This document shows, piece after piece, positions 1-10,400 of a DNA stretch of 46,326 nucleotides. The notes under the pieces are model-generated. The model was not told the origin of the DNA. It saw nothing but the letters and a program-made list of their open reading frames with translations, and ran no database searches. The position numbers and the translations under genes were made by a program. The DNA is from Stramenopiles sp. TOSAG23-2 (lineage: Eukaryota). The stretch lies in the NCBI GenBank assembly GCA_900128395.1, contig LT649280.1, positions 1-46,326 of the forward strand, in the 5' to 3' direction. Numbering within the stretch: the first letter of the stretch is position 1; each line of letters begins with the position of its first letter.

Positions 1-348
1 CCTACTATAGTAAAGCTCTAATGCACCTCTGCAAACTAATACTCTACAAGCACAAGTGTAGGTTTCTATCCTTCCACCATGTTCGAACGTTGAACGCGTT
101 GGATCAGAGTTAATATATACTGCAAATTTTCGTATCATATCATATCATACTAATACGCCGTTCACCGTTCACACACACCGCTGCCCCCTTTTTACTATAT
201 ATTTCAAACTTCAAACCAAATGCACAGATGCACCACGACAACTATCCATCCTCCCTTCTTATCACATTTTTACACATTTTTTATTTTTATATATAATATA
301 CGAACGTCGTATGAAATATACATATATAACCATCATTATATACACATT

Positions 349-1953
349 TCATTCATCTGCTGGAAAACAACGTATATTTTCATAACTTGCACTTTTCTTT
401 TTCAAATAATCAAATTCTTTTATTTTACATAATAATGGTGTAGCGACAGACATTTTATATGTGCAAGTAGATGTCTCTGTAATACCCATTATATAAGTAT
501 GTTGTGAATTTGAACATTCGTATTCAACAAAAACAGCACGTGGTTCATTTGTCAAATCACAACTTGTACCTTTTCCATAATATTGTTTTAATTTAAAAAA
601 TGGATGTGCTCTTTTAAGTGCCGTACCATCAGTTACCATCGCTTTATTTTTATCTTTATCAAATATTCCTAATGTAAATTCCATTGTGATTGCATCATCT
701 TGATTATTTGATTTTTTATTCTTTTCTACATGAAATTGACGTATTTTTCCACCACCACAAAGTTCATATGTCCACCACGATTCAACATAACGTAAACAGA
801 CGCCATTTAATGCTTTTAATGCATTTAATCCACGTTTGCTTAATCCAGTATTAGATGTATCGTTTTCATTTTGTTCCTCCACTTCTTCTTCTTCATATTC
901 ACCTTCAACTTCTACTTGTACATCTTCTTCCACTTCGATTTCTTCTTCGTATTCAATTTCTTGCATATTATCACCATATAATTTTAATTTTTCATTGTCA
1001 ATATTTGCTTTGCATAGTAATGGTGTTTTGAATGTTATATGATAATGCAATGGAGTAGGTTCTTCCACTGAAACTTTGCCATTATTATTTGATGGATTAT
1101 TATTATTATTACTATTAGCAGTAATTGTTGTACTATCACAATGATATGAAACAATTGATTGACGTTTATCTGTACCATCTTTAAAATATTGGGTGTAAAT
1201 ATTCCCAACCATTTCATCTTTATTTTCTTCATATTGACCCAGATTAAAAAGTGGATCATGCTCCAATATTTGAGGTGTTGTTGCAGGACCTTCAGGAGGT
1301 TTTTTTTTTTTATCTGGATGTGGCCGTTTACCAATTGGTACGTGATATTGTCTTACATATTTAAAAGGACAAACTTCATATGTCCAATAACCAGCACGTA
1401 ATAGTGCGCAATTTTGTTTTTCTTTTTCCATCAATGAACGATAAAAAGATAGAGTACCTTCATCTGGTGATACTGATGATGACGATGATGGTGGTGGTGC
1501 AGCTGGAATCATTTTTTTCCGTTTCACTATTCTTTTTACCTTTTTTTTAATAGTTTTCATCTTCTTTTTTCTTGGTTTTTTTTTCTTTTTCTTTTTTTTA
1601 TTTAAATCATTAACAAGATCATTCATTGTAACTTCTTTTACTCCTTCATAATCTTTTAACATTGATTCCATATAACAACGAAATTTTCTTCCATTTGCAG
1701 CAGTCATTAACACACCGTTTGATGAAAATACATAATTCCCTCCTTCTCCTTCACCGATAGTTGCTGAAGATATTGTAGGAGGTGTAGTTGGCAAGTCATA
1801 TTGACTTTTACTATTTTTAACATTAATGACATAGGATGGTACTTGTGCATATGCTGGATAATAATTAAAAATGCTATGAATGATACCGATGAATACGATG
1901 AAAAAAATAATCCTATGGTAATCAAGTAGGAGCAGCGGTGTCATGAATTTCAT
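349..1953 (-). CDS. OS-9/ERLEC1 (XTP3-B)-like ER lectin with two MRH (PRKCSH) domains
   Basis: N-terminal hydrophobic segment. Two MRH motifs, CALLRAGYWTYEVCPFKYVRQYH and CLRYVESWWTYELCGGGKIRQFH. The second has GTSCDLTNEPR...YEC and ETSTCTYKMSVATPLLC. Confidence 0.88.
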   Translation of the reverse strand: MKFMTPLLLLDYHRIIFFIVFIGIIHSIFNYYPAYAQVPSYVINVKNSKSQYDLPTTPPTISSATIGEGEGGNYVFSSNGVLMTAANGRKFRCYMESMLKDYEGVKEVTMNDLVNDLNKKKKKKKKPRKKKMKTIKKKVKRIVKRKKMIPAAPPPSSSSSVSPDEGTLSFYRSLMEKEKQNCALLRAGYWTYEVCPFKYVRQYHVPIGKRPHPDKKKKPPEGPATTPQILEHDPLFNLGQYEENKDEMVGNIYTQYFKDGTDKRQSIVSYHCDSTTITANSNNNNNPSNNNGKVSVEEPTPLHYHITFKTPLLCKANIDNEKLKLYGDNMQEIEYEEEIEVEEDVQVEVEGEYEEEEVEEQNENDTSNTGLSKRGLNALKALNGVCLRYVESWWTYELCGGGKIRQFHVEKNKKSNNQDDAITMEFTLGIFDKDKNKAMVTDGTALKRAHPFFKLKQYYGKGTSCDLTNEPRAVFVEYECSNSQHTYIMGITETSTCTYKMSVATPLLCKIKEFDYLKKKSASYENIRCFPADE

Positions 1954-2089
1954 TTTGTTGTTTTATTTATATCTTCTTCTTTTATATTTTTACATATACA
2001 TATACATATGAATATATTATATTACATCTCCCTCACTCATATATATATATATATTTAATAGCTTTTATATGCAAAAATAGAATCGAAGA

Positions 2090-2326
2090 ATAGAGTGTTA
2101 TCCACATAAAGATGGCTATTATTTTTTTTAATTTTTAAATTTTTTTTCCAACTTTTAGTCCTCTAATATCTAAATAGCATTACACACACACTTTCAGTGA
2201 AAGAACCACTATAACATACCTTAACGTATATATGTAGTGCTATTTGATACTAGTGGGAAAAAAAAAGTTGAAAAAAAATAAAAATAGAAAATTTAAAATG
2301 GCCATCTTTAATGTCAACAACTCTAT
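2090..2326. repeat. Degenerate long inverted repeat (foldback, ~100-bp arms)
   Basis: Paired blocks taaagatggc 2107-2116/gccatcttta 2301-2310, caactttt 2149-2156/aaaagttg 2263-2270, aaatagca 2172-2179/tgctattt 2238-2245 and atagagt 2090/actctat 2326. All are symmetric about ~2208. Confidence 0.75.
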
Positions 2327-2495
2327 AATAAAGAATTAAAAAATAATAGAAGAAAGAAGAATATTATAATGCCCACCTTAACATCAAACCAATTAATTCT
2401 GGGCTGTAGCAAGGGGAGACGAGACGATTTTATGAGTGTAGGGACCGAGTACATCAAACCTGCAACATCATCCATCGGATTTGGTGCATTTTTTA

Positions 2496-2547
2496 GATTG
2501 CCTGATTGCTGGATTGTCTGGATTGCTGAATTGCCTGGATTATGATT
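2496..2547. repeat. Short degenerate tandem repeat (GATTGC[C]TG-like, ~6 units)
   Basis: gattgcct gattgctg gattgtctg gattgctg aattgcctg gattat, in the divergent intergenic region. Confidence 0.6.
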
Positions 2548-3336
2548 TTATATGCCCAAAGCAAAATCGCGGATTTCTGTATTTGATAGACCTATTTTAG
2601 TATACAATTTTTAAAAAGTTCGACACTTGCCTCAAATTTAGAAATTGTTCAGCAAGGAAACTCTGGAACTCCACAAAATCCGTCCTCTCCAGAGAGCTCT
2701 GTCGCATCTGGCCGGGCTGGCACTACTTGCACTTTTCCCCACGCCAGGAAAAAACGATGGATTTTAACCGATTACCAAACTGCTATTTAGAGTGGAATAG
2801 TAATAGTAATATCCGATAATATATAATTATTTACTATGTTCATTTAATTATTTTATAATTATTTTTATAGGATAAAAATTCCTGAAATTTAAATGTCAGT
2901 CTGCCAAGGCACGCACCTTCTTTCTCAGATTTCCAACTAAACCTTTACGGGATCCTATTATGATTGTATTTCCATGCTAATAATTTATTATTTATTTTAA
3001 TCAAAATATATATATATTTACATTATATATTTATAAACCACACCTACACAAGAATCTATCCACACAGAAAGAAAGTTAATGAAGAGGGGAAAGTACTTGC
3101 ATTCATTCACTTACATTATATATATTAATATATATTATATTATCTCATCATTTAAAGTTGTTTTATCTTCATAATAAGTCACTTGTATATAACAGAAACA
3201 GAACAAGGTAGGTGTGGTTTTATATATATATATATATATATATATTATATTATCTCATCATTACACGTTTAATATATATACAGAGTAACAGTAAACGTTT
3301 TTTTTTTAATTGTATATATATAACAAGCATAATATT

Positions 3337-5547
3337 ATGGATGTAGATAATAAAAATAATACCTTTTCAGATAGGAAAGTGAATAACGGTATCAACGTTA
3401 AAGAAGCAACCACCCTACTGTATAGAAACACGATACCAATGTGTTTATCGAATAAACGTGGTCAAATTGAGTGTGCAAATACGTCGTGGTTGGATGCATT
3501 TGGTTTTTCAAATGCAGATGAAGTAAAAGGTAAAACTTTCAAATTAATTCAAGGTTCATTAACAGAACAAAAAACATTAGTTAAAATAATGAACGCATGT
3601 AAAAACGGTATGTCATTTACGGGTAATCTTATAAATTATACGAAACGGCGTAGCCCTGTATTAAATGAATTGAAAATTGATGTAGTAAATGATAATTGTT
3701 TTTTAGTAGCTAGTACGAAGGTTAGTAATTTTTCGCATGTTAGTCTGCTACGAGATGTAACGCATTACGATACAGAGGAGAAGATTATGCGAAAGGCTTT
3801 TAATTCTGAAATACCTACGTGCATAATGAGTGGGAAAGTTGTGTTAGATGCTAATGTACATTGGTGCAGGACATTTAACATTGGTTCCAAAAATGATATT
3901 GTGAATAAAACTACACGTGCTATACAAGGTCCATTAACAGAGACGGCAAAAATCAGTAATTTAATGGAAACCCTATTGGTCCAAAATAAGACATTTAAAG
4001 GTACTTTAACTAATTATACGTTGGACGAACAGCGTACACCATTTTTCAATAGTGTCGAAATAACCCCATTGAGAAATAATTATTTTGTTTCACAAACTGT
4101 TAGATCAGAATCAATTACAGATAAGTTTCCTGGGTATTCCTGCGTTCTTATAAAAAACAACAAAATTGTTAGTGTGAATCAGGACTTGTTAGATCAATGT
4201 GAGATTGCACATCGAAGAGACGTGATTGGATACTCTGTTGGGGTGATCATAGGGTCAGATTTCGACTTTGTAGAGTCGCTAGGTGACATTGTTGATGGGC
4301 AAGTGATAGTTAAACGATCGTTTTTATGTACGAAACGTGGCATGCTTATGTCTGTACAATCAAGAATTTGTAAATTTGGTAAAGATCATATATTGATGAT
4401 ATCATCCACGGAAAGAACGCCGTTTTATTTGACAAGAGCTCAGAAAGTTAGATACGTGAATGATTGTGTGCTCAATTGCCAAGATGGGTTTTATCATGAA
4501 AATACATGTGTATTAAGTCTCAAAAAATACTTTAAGCATAGATTCGGGAATAATGGTGATAACGAAAATGCTGATGAGATAACTGTCGACGACATGGATG
4601 CTGCGGAAATTATTTCATCTTCTCGATCATTCCGAGAAATGTTTAATTATAGTGATGAAGAAGAAATGTTAAATTTAGGATTGTCAGATCTATTAATATT
4701 TAATAAGATAGAGGATAGTATTGCTATCAACAAGGAAATACTACATGATGTAAAAGTCAACGAAGTTAATAGCAAAACGAAAATAAACCAAATTAAAAAA
4801 ATAAACAAGAGCGTTAATCGTTATTTTAATTGCCTAGTATCATTGCGTATGAAAGACGGGACCATTAAATTAAATATAAAAGCTCGCTTGGTGTTGGTAA
4901 ATGATTACGTAAATGAAAAATATTTAGTCATGGTATTACAGGATGATGCCGTTATTAATAGAATGTTAAAGAAAACGACGGAAACGTCTTTTCAAATCGT
5001 AGATAGCCAAACCATCAATAGATCGTATCAATATGATAGTTTTCCGTATATACCATATTTAATGGTAAGAGATGGACTCATTAACACGACTTATGACGAT
5101 CCATATAAGTTTATCAATGTTGGGAATGTAATATTAACTCACTTGTTTTCCCCAGGAGCATTAGCCCAAGTTGTATATACGGAATTAGAAAAAAGCAATA
5201 AATTTGATTATTGTTGTTTTTCGCCGGTTATTGTTCAAGATCCAAAAGATGATTTAGTAGAATATTCTGTTACGGTATATACTACATATGATACAACGGA
5301 TACTCATGTCGCATTTACAATTAAGTGCACTACTGTTTATAATGGCCCGGTATATCTATCTATCATTCGTGGTGGGTGTAATATCGACATATTTAGATAT
5401 GCTTATTTGAAAATTTGGAAAGTCATGGAAAAAATTGGTGCAGCACCAAAGAGTGCATCAGAAGATCAATGGATGAATGAAGAATGTTTTCATCCATTAA
5501 CCCCATCTATTCCAAAAAGGGGTAAAAAAAGAAAGAACGCAACATGA
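3337..5547 (+). CDS. Multi-PAS sensor protein: two Cys-less LOV-like domains, two further PAS-like domains, C-terminal KA1-like domain, basic NLS-like tail
   Basis: First ATG at 3337. LOV-like: ANTSWLDAFGFSNADEVKGKTFKLIQGSLTE...LINYTK and ANVHWCRTF...VNKTTRAIQGPLTE...LTNYT...PFFNSVEITPL. PAS-like: IVSVNQDLLDQC...VIG and SRSFREMFNYSDEEEM...MKDGT...LVMVLQD. Ends PKRGKKRK. Confidence 0.75.
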   Translation: MDVDNKNNTFSDRKVNNGINVKEATTLLYRNTIPMCLSNKRGQIECANTSWLDAFGFSNADEVKGKTFKLIQGSLTEQKTLVKIMNACKNGMSFTGNLINYTKRRSPVLNELKIDVVNDNCFLVASTKVSNFSHVSLLRDVTHYDTEEKIMRKAFNSEIPTCIMSGKVVLDANVHWCRTFNIGSKNDIVNKTTRAIQGPLTETAKISNLMETLLVQNKTFKGTLTNYTLDEQRTPFFNSVEITPLRNNYFVSQTVRSESITDKFPGYSCVLIKNNKIVSVNQDLLDQCEIAHRRDVIGYSVGVIIGSDFDFVESLGDIVDGQVIVKRSFLCTKRGMLMSVQSRICKFGKDHILMISSTERTPFYLTRAQKVRYVNDCVLNCQDGFYHENTCVLSLKKYFKHRFGNNGDNENADEITVDDMDAAEIISSSRSFREMFNYSDEEEMLNLGLSDLLIFNKIEDSIAINKEILHDVKVNEVNSKTKINQIKKINKSVNRYFNCLVSLRMKDGTIKLNIKARLVLVNDYVNEKYLVMVLQDDAVINRMLKKTTETSFQIVDSQTINRSYQYDSFPYIPYLMVRDGLINTTYDDPYKFINVGNVILTHLFSPGALAQVVYTELEKSNKFDYCCFSPVIVQDPKDDLVEYSVTVYTTYDTTDTHVAFTIKCTTVYNGPVYLSIIRGGCNIDIFRYAYLKIWKVMEKIGAAPKSASEDQWMNEECFHPLTPSIPKRGKKRKNAT

Positions 5548-5764
5548 AAGAAGCATGGTGGTCAGTAAAAAATGAGAGTGTCGCGTGTATCCACAGAGAG
5601 TGTATGATATGATAGTATCATACGATGGGGAATTATAAATATAAAATTTAATATATATATTTAAATTTAATATTTAAAACAATTTTTTTAAACATTTACA
5701 CACACCACACACTGTGGCACCTGGCACCTACCACCACCAACACTAATATGTACACACACTCTTT

Positions 5765-7855
5765 CTACTTGCGTCGATTTGCTTTTTTATGTCTTTTCTT
5801 TGCTTTCTGTTTCCTTTTCTCATGTTGGCGTATAATTGCACTATCCTTATCATCATCGCTACTTAAATCATTATCCCCATAAGATTTTTTCTCATAAATA
5901 GCTGTCGCTATATCATATTCCTTTTGTGTTATTTTACCTTTTTTTAATTTTTTTGCTAATCTTTCCTCTGTCCCAAAATCATCCCATGCTTCAGCAAAAT
6001 TTTGAAGATATGATGTATGTCGCCTTTTCTTCTTATTCTTTTTTTTATCATTTTTATTATTTTTACCATTATTATTCTTTCGTTTATTATACTTCCCACC
6101 TCGTTGCATTGCAAGACGTTTTCTAGCCATAGCAACTTCCTCATTTTGTTTCTTAATTGCTTCTAATTTTTCTTGCCGTTGCTTTTCACGTAGTGGGTTT
6201 TTAAATTTAATGGCTTTTATTACATCTTTTGGCTCTCCTTTAAAATTTTTTATCCCAGTACGTAATTCACGCATTTTAGGCACTTGTAATAATACAAATG
6301 CACTTGCTAAGTTCAAAAAGTTTAATTTGGCGATATTAAATACATAAGAGCATTGATGTTCTTTGTATGCACAAACAAAAGAGACAAACGCACGCGTGCC
6401 TTTCTCTAGGAGATCTCTATCTTCCATGATAAATTTTTTTATTGATTGGTATATTGCAGTAGTTTTTTCATTTGATGGAACCTTTGCAATACTATTGTTA
6501 TTTGCACCACGACTCTCAATGGCATTTTCAACTGGTACACCGCGGGCACATAATAAATCTATGTAATCTTTCTCATGCTCTCTTAAAATCATTAACGAAT
6601 TACCAACTCTACCAGCACGTGCGGTTCTACCTACACGATGAACAAAGAAATCTGGATCTTTTGGTGCATCAAATTGTATGATCCAATCGACATCTGGTAT
6701 ATCAATACCACGAGCAGCAACATCCGTGCATACAAGTACTCCAGATTTACTTTGGAAAAATTTTTGATATACAGCATTTCTTTTCTTTTGTATCATTTTA
6801 CCATGAAGTAAAACTACAGGATATGTATTATTATTATTATGGTCGCTACTAGTTATTGACGTTGACGAGGAGGAGGTGGAAGAAGAAGACGACGACGTCG
6901 ATGATGATGATGGCGACAATGCTGCCATTTCAAGTGGCAACAATTTGCTCAATAATTTGCCGAAAAAGTCTACTGATGCGCATGTTGCAAAAAACGTAAT
7001 AATTTTTTTATCTTGATGTGATTTTAAAAAATCTATTAATACAGACATTTTTTCATTGCTTTTACAATATATATGATAATTTTTCAAATTGACTGGCGTT
7101 GTTTGATGTGATGAGGTATTATTTTTATTTTCATGTTCTCGTAGCGTTTTCTGTAGCTGCGACTCTTGGACTTTTACAGCTACAACTACTGGATTTCGTA
7201 ATCCAGCACGAATTAATGATCGTAATTTTTTTGTTTGAGTCGCTGAAAATAACCCCGTACGTCGTTGTTTTGGAATTTTATGTAAGATATTAGATATACT
7301 TTCCTCAAAACCCATATCCAATAAACAATCTGCTTCGTCTAAAATTAACACTTCCAACGAACGTAAAGATATACCTTCATATTTGCCACTAACTAGTTCA
7401 CTTAATCGTCCTGGGGTACCAATTAATACATTACCGGTTTGCTTTGATATTTTGTTAGTAGTGTTTTCTGTATTGGTCCCTCCTGTCATTAAAAGTACAT
7501 TTAATCCTAATGTTTTATCACAAAACGCTTCAGAGACACTGTAAATTTGACGTGCTAACTCTCTTGTTGGGGCTATCATCATACCAGCAACGTCGCCTTT
7601 ATTAAAACGTCCTTCATCCATAATACGTTTTCTCAATATTTCAAAGCATGGAATGACATATGCAAGCGTTTTACCAGAACCTGTACAAGCTTCTACAGCG
7701 ACATCCTTGTTTGTGGTAAACAAGGGTATGGTTGCTGCTTGTACCGGTGTCATATATTTAAACTTTAACTGACGTATAGCTTTTATTGCAAATTCTGATA
7801 ATTTGGGTGTCACATTTTCAAATTTTAATGCTTCCTTTCTAGAGGATGATGCCAT
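5765..7855 (-). CDS. DDX55: DEAD-box RNA helicase DDX55/Spb4 (60S biogenesis)
   Basis: ATG at 7855. Motifs MTPVQAATIPLF..NKDVAVEACTGSGKT, PTRELA, TPGRL, LDEAD, LPKQRR-like IPKQRRTGLFSAT, DVAARGID, HRVGRTARAG and AFVSFV.AY.EH.C..F; basic C-terminus. Confidence 0.93.
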   Translation of the reverse strand: MASSSRKEALKFENVTPKLSEFAIKAIRQLKFKYMTPVQAATIPLFTTNKDVAVEACTGSGKTLAYVIPCFEILRKRIMDEGRFNKGDVAGMMIAPTRELARQIYSVSEAFCDKTLGLNVLLMTGGTNTENTTNKISKQTGNVLIGTPGRLSELVSGKYEGISLRSLEVLILDEADCLLDMGFEESISNILHKIPKQRRTGLFSATQTKKLRSLIRAGLRNPVVVAVKVQESQLQKTLREHENKNNTSSHQTTPVNLKNYHIYCKSNEKMSVLIDFLKSHQDKKIITFFATCASVDFFGKLLSKLLPLEMAALSPSSSSTSSSSSSTSSSSTSITSSDHNNNNTYPVVLLHGKMIQKKRNAVYQKFFQSKSGVLVCTDVAARGIDIPDVDWIIQFDAPKDPDFFVHRVGRTARAGRVGNSLMILREHEKDYIDLLCARGVPVENAIESRGANNNSIAKVPSNEKTTAIYQSIKKFIMEDRDLLEKGTRAFVSFVCAYKEHQCSYVFNIAKLNFLNLASAFVLLQVPKMRELRTGIKNFKGEPKDVIKAIKFKNPLREKQRQEKLEAIKKQNEEVAMARKRLAMQRGGKYNKRKNNNGKNNKNDKKKNKKKRRHTSYLQNFAEAWDDFGTEERLAKKLKKGKITQKEYDIATAIYEKKSYGDNDLSSDDDKDSAIIRQHEKRKQKAKKRHKKANRRK

Positions 7856-8392
7856 ATTTGTTGGGGAAAAAAACGAATAAAAAACGAATAAAAAAAAAGA
7901 ATACACAACAATCTATCTCTGTATATATATATATACACGCACCAAACGAATCTATTTTCCGTTGAATATATCGTATACTACTACTAATTCTGACGATCAA
8001 ATTGGAGATCGTCTTATACGTATAGATATATATATATATATTTAACAATCTTCCTCAGTGATTTATAGCCATCCAGAGGCGGCCATCAAAAAAAAGCACC
8101 TCCTTCCTATTCCATCAAAAAAACAACAAAGTTTTTTACAAGAATCCCGTACTCTGGGGTACTCAAAGACATGGGATAACGAGTAGTAGTTGCATAAAAA
8201 TGTTACTATATAATCCCCGAACCATTGTCGTATGGTGCTATGTGTATGCTATTTTTATAAATGATTTAGTTTATTTTCGTCATTTCTGTAAATTAATAAT
8301 TTATTTTTTTTGTACAAATTTGAATGTAATAATTCGATGCCAGAAAATTCTGCTATCCTATATATCATGTATATATATCGTTCGTATCTAGT

Positions 8393-9703
8393 CTAAAATA
8401 TTTTTAAAAACATGTTTTTAATCATCTCCGCCGCCTCCTCTTTCTTCTTTTGAATCTTGTTCTTCTCATCTTCCTGTTGTTGTTGTTGTTGTTGTATTAT
8501 AATTTCTTCAACATCTTTCTTTCCATCATCATTATCATCGTGTTTTATCCATGATAATGGATTAATAGAAGCAAGTTTCTTACCCTGCTCATTACCAATA
8601 ATTGATTTAGAAAATAATTCCATGGATGGATCTGGATTTACTTCCATCAACTTTACATTATGATTGATATCAACTGCAAAATCAAAACCAAATAATTCAT
8701 ATGTATTACGTAATGGAAAAAATGTTTTTCTAGGTGCATTTTCTTGTAAATTATTGACTAACTCTTTAATCAATATAATCATTTGAGAAAATATGGATGG
8801 ATAAAGTGAATTTTTTTCATTATTATTATTGATGGATTTTCCATCATCATTATCATTCTTCTTGTCTTGTTCTTTCTTATTACGAGTTAATTCTTTTAAA
8901 CTTATGTTTTGTTTTTCTATATTGTACAATTTGCATTTTTTATTTACACTTTGGTTTGTTATATGAATATATTGATCATTCCAATGCGATGAAGAATATG
9001 GTTTAGTTGCAATTAATACACGTGCTTCTTTACATATATATATATTTAGATCACCAACAAAATATACTAATGCACGTATATGAAATTTACGATTATTACA
9101 ACAATTTAATAATAAAGGTGATATATATTCTTGTAATACATATAATCTTGTTTTGTCGTCGGTTGATGCTTTTTTCTTGTTGTTGTTCTTCTTCTTATTA
9201 TTATTGTTTTCCTTTTGAAAATATATTTCACCTAAATCTACATCTGGATTTTTAAATGCTTTTACACCAACAGCATTGCTTTTTTCAGGTGGTTTTATAA
9301 TCCATGCATTTATATTATTATTATTATTATTATTAATAATTTCTTTTATTTCATTTAAATTATTTATTGTGAATGTTTTAATATTATCTTTGCTTGTATA
9401 TTTCATTATTAGATTTTTACGTATCAATGCAGATTTCATAAACATTTTAGGTGCTGTTATATTACCTTTAAATACAGAATCCCAATCTATATGTTTCCAT
9501 AGAATTTTCTTGAATTCTTTTTGTACATTTATTTGTCTCTTCTTATTCTTCTTCTTCTTGAATCTATTATTTTTTTCTTGGCATATCATACAATTATCTG
9601 CATCATGTTCTAACGTTAAATGGATACAATTTTTCCTAATATGTGGTCCTAAACAATATTTGCATTTTAATATAGAGACTTTCGCTGTTGTAATCGACGC
9701 CAT
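8393..9703 (-). CDS. Tubulin-tyrosine ligase-family (ATP-grasp) protein, Pby1/TTL-like, with N-terminal CCHC motif
   Basis: WIIKP...N.VG, YVLQEYI.PLLL...RKFHIR, HITNQS and YELFGFDFAVD....KLMEVN.DP. N-terminal CKYCLGPHIRKNC. Confidence 0.85.
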   Translation of the reverse strand: MASITTAKVSILKCKYCLGPHIRKNCIHLTLEHDADNCMICQEKNNRFKKKKNKKRQINVQKEFKKILWKHIDWDSVFKGNITAPKMFMKSALIRKNLIMKYTSKDNIKTFTINNLNEIKEIINNNNNNNINAWIIKPPEKSNAVGVKAFKNPDVDLGEIYFQKENNNNKKKNNNKKKASTDDKTRLYVLQEYISPLLLNCCNNRKFHIRALVYFVGDLNIYICKEARVLIATKPYSSSHWNDQYIHITNQSVNKKCKLYNIEKQNISLKELTRNKKEQDKKNDNDDGKSINNNNEKNSLYPSIFSQMIILIKELVNNLQENAPRKTFFPLRNTYELFGFDFAVDINHNVKLMEVNPDPSMELFSKSIIGNEQGKKLASINPLSWIKHDDNDDGKKDVEEIIIQQQQQQQEDEKNKIQKKKEEAAEMIKNMFLKIF

Positions 9704-10400
9704 TCGTTATTATATCTTAAAATATTCAAAAGGTGGGAAAATAAAGTAGTACAAGTATATTAATTGTTTTTTTTTTCCCTGTGTAGCAGTTTGTCCGGTT
9801 AGTACAAAAAATTGCAATAATTAAAAAGCTGGGAAAAAAAAACAAAAAAAGACGTCTAGCAAATGATCTAACAAACCAGAGAAAAAATAATCGTTCAATA
9901 AAATAAGCGACTTTTAAATTGAGTAGTAATATAATATATTTGTATATATCAATTCAATCACTGTAATAATATATATACATCAGGGGAAAAAAATTAAATA
10001 AATACAGATGTTGTTGTTGTGTTGATATCAAAAGTCTTTCTAAATTTAGTATTTATTTGCCGTTATTATATAATAAAAAGGCTTTAACTAATTTGAAAAT
10101 GAAGCCCATCTCATCGATACGGTCTTTGTTTTTACAGCCTATTCGCCTGCTACACTAATTGCATCAAATTTCAAATATATATATATATGTATATATATAC
10201 CTTCTTATAAAAGCAAATTATAGACGACTGTAAATGTGTATGTTTAAAAGAGAAATTTTTGTTGTGAAATATATATATATATAGAATACAATACTTAATT
10301 AATTAGAGAGCTAAGGAAGAACAAGTATTTATACATTTGTTTTCCATCATTTATATACGTATTTATAATAAGTTTATTTATTTATTTTTTTTGGTATAAG

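Noticed and set aside
10005-10160. Possible upstream exon of the esterase
   Set aside because: An open stretch exists, but I could not define a consistent start and splice donor.
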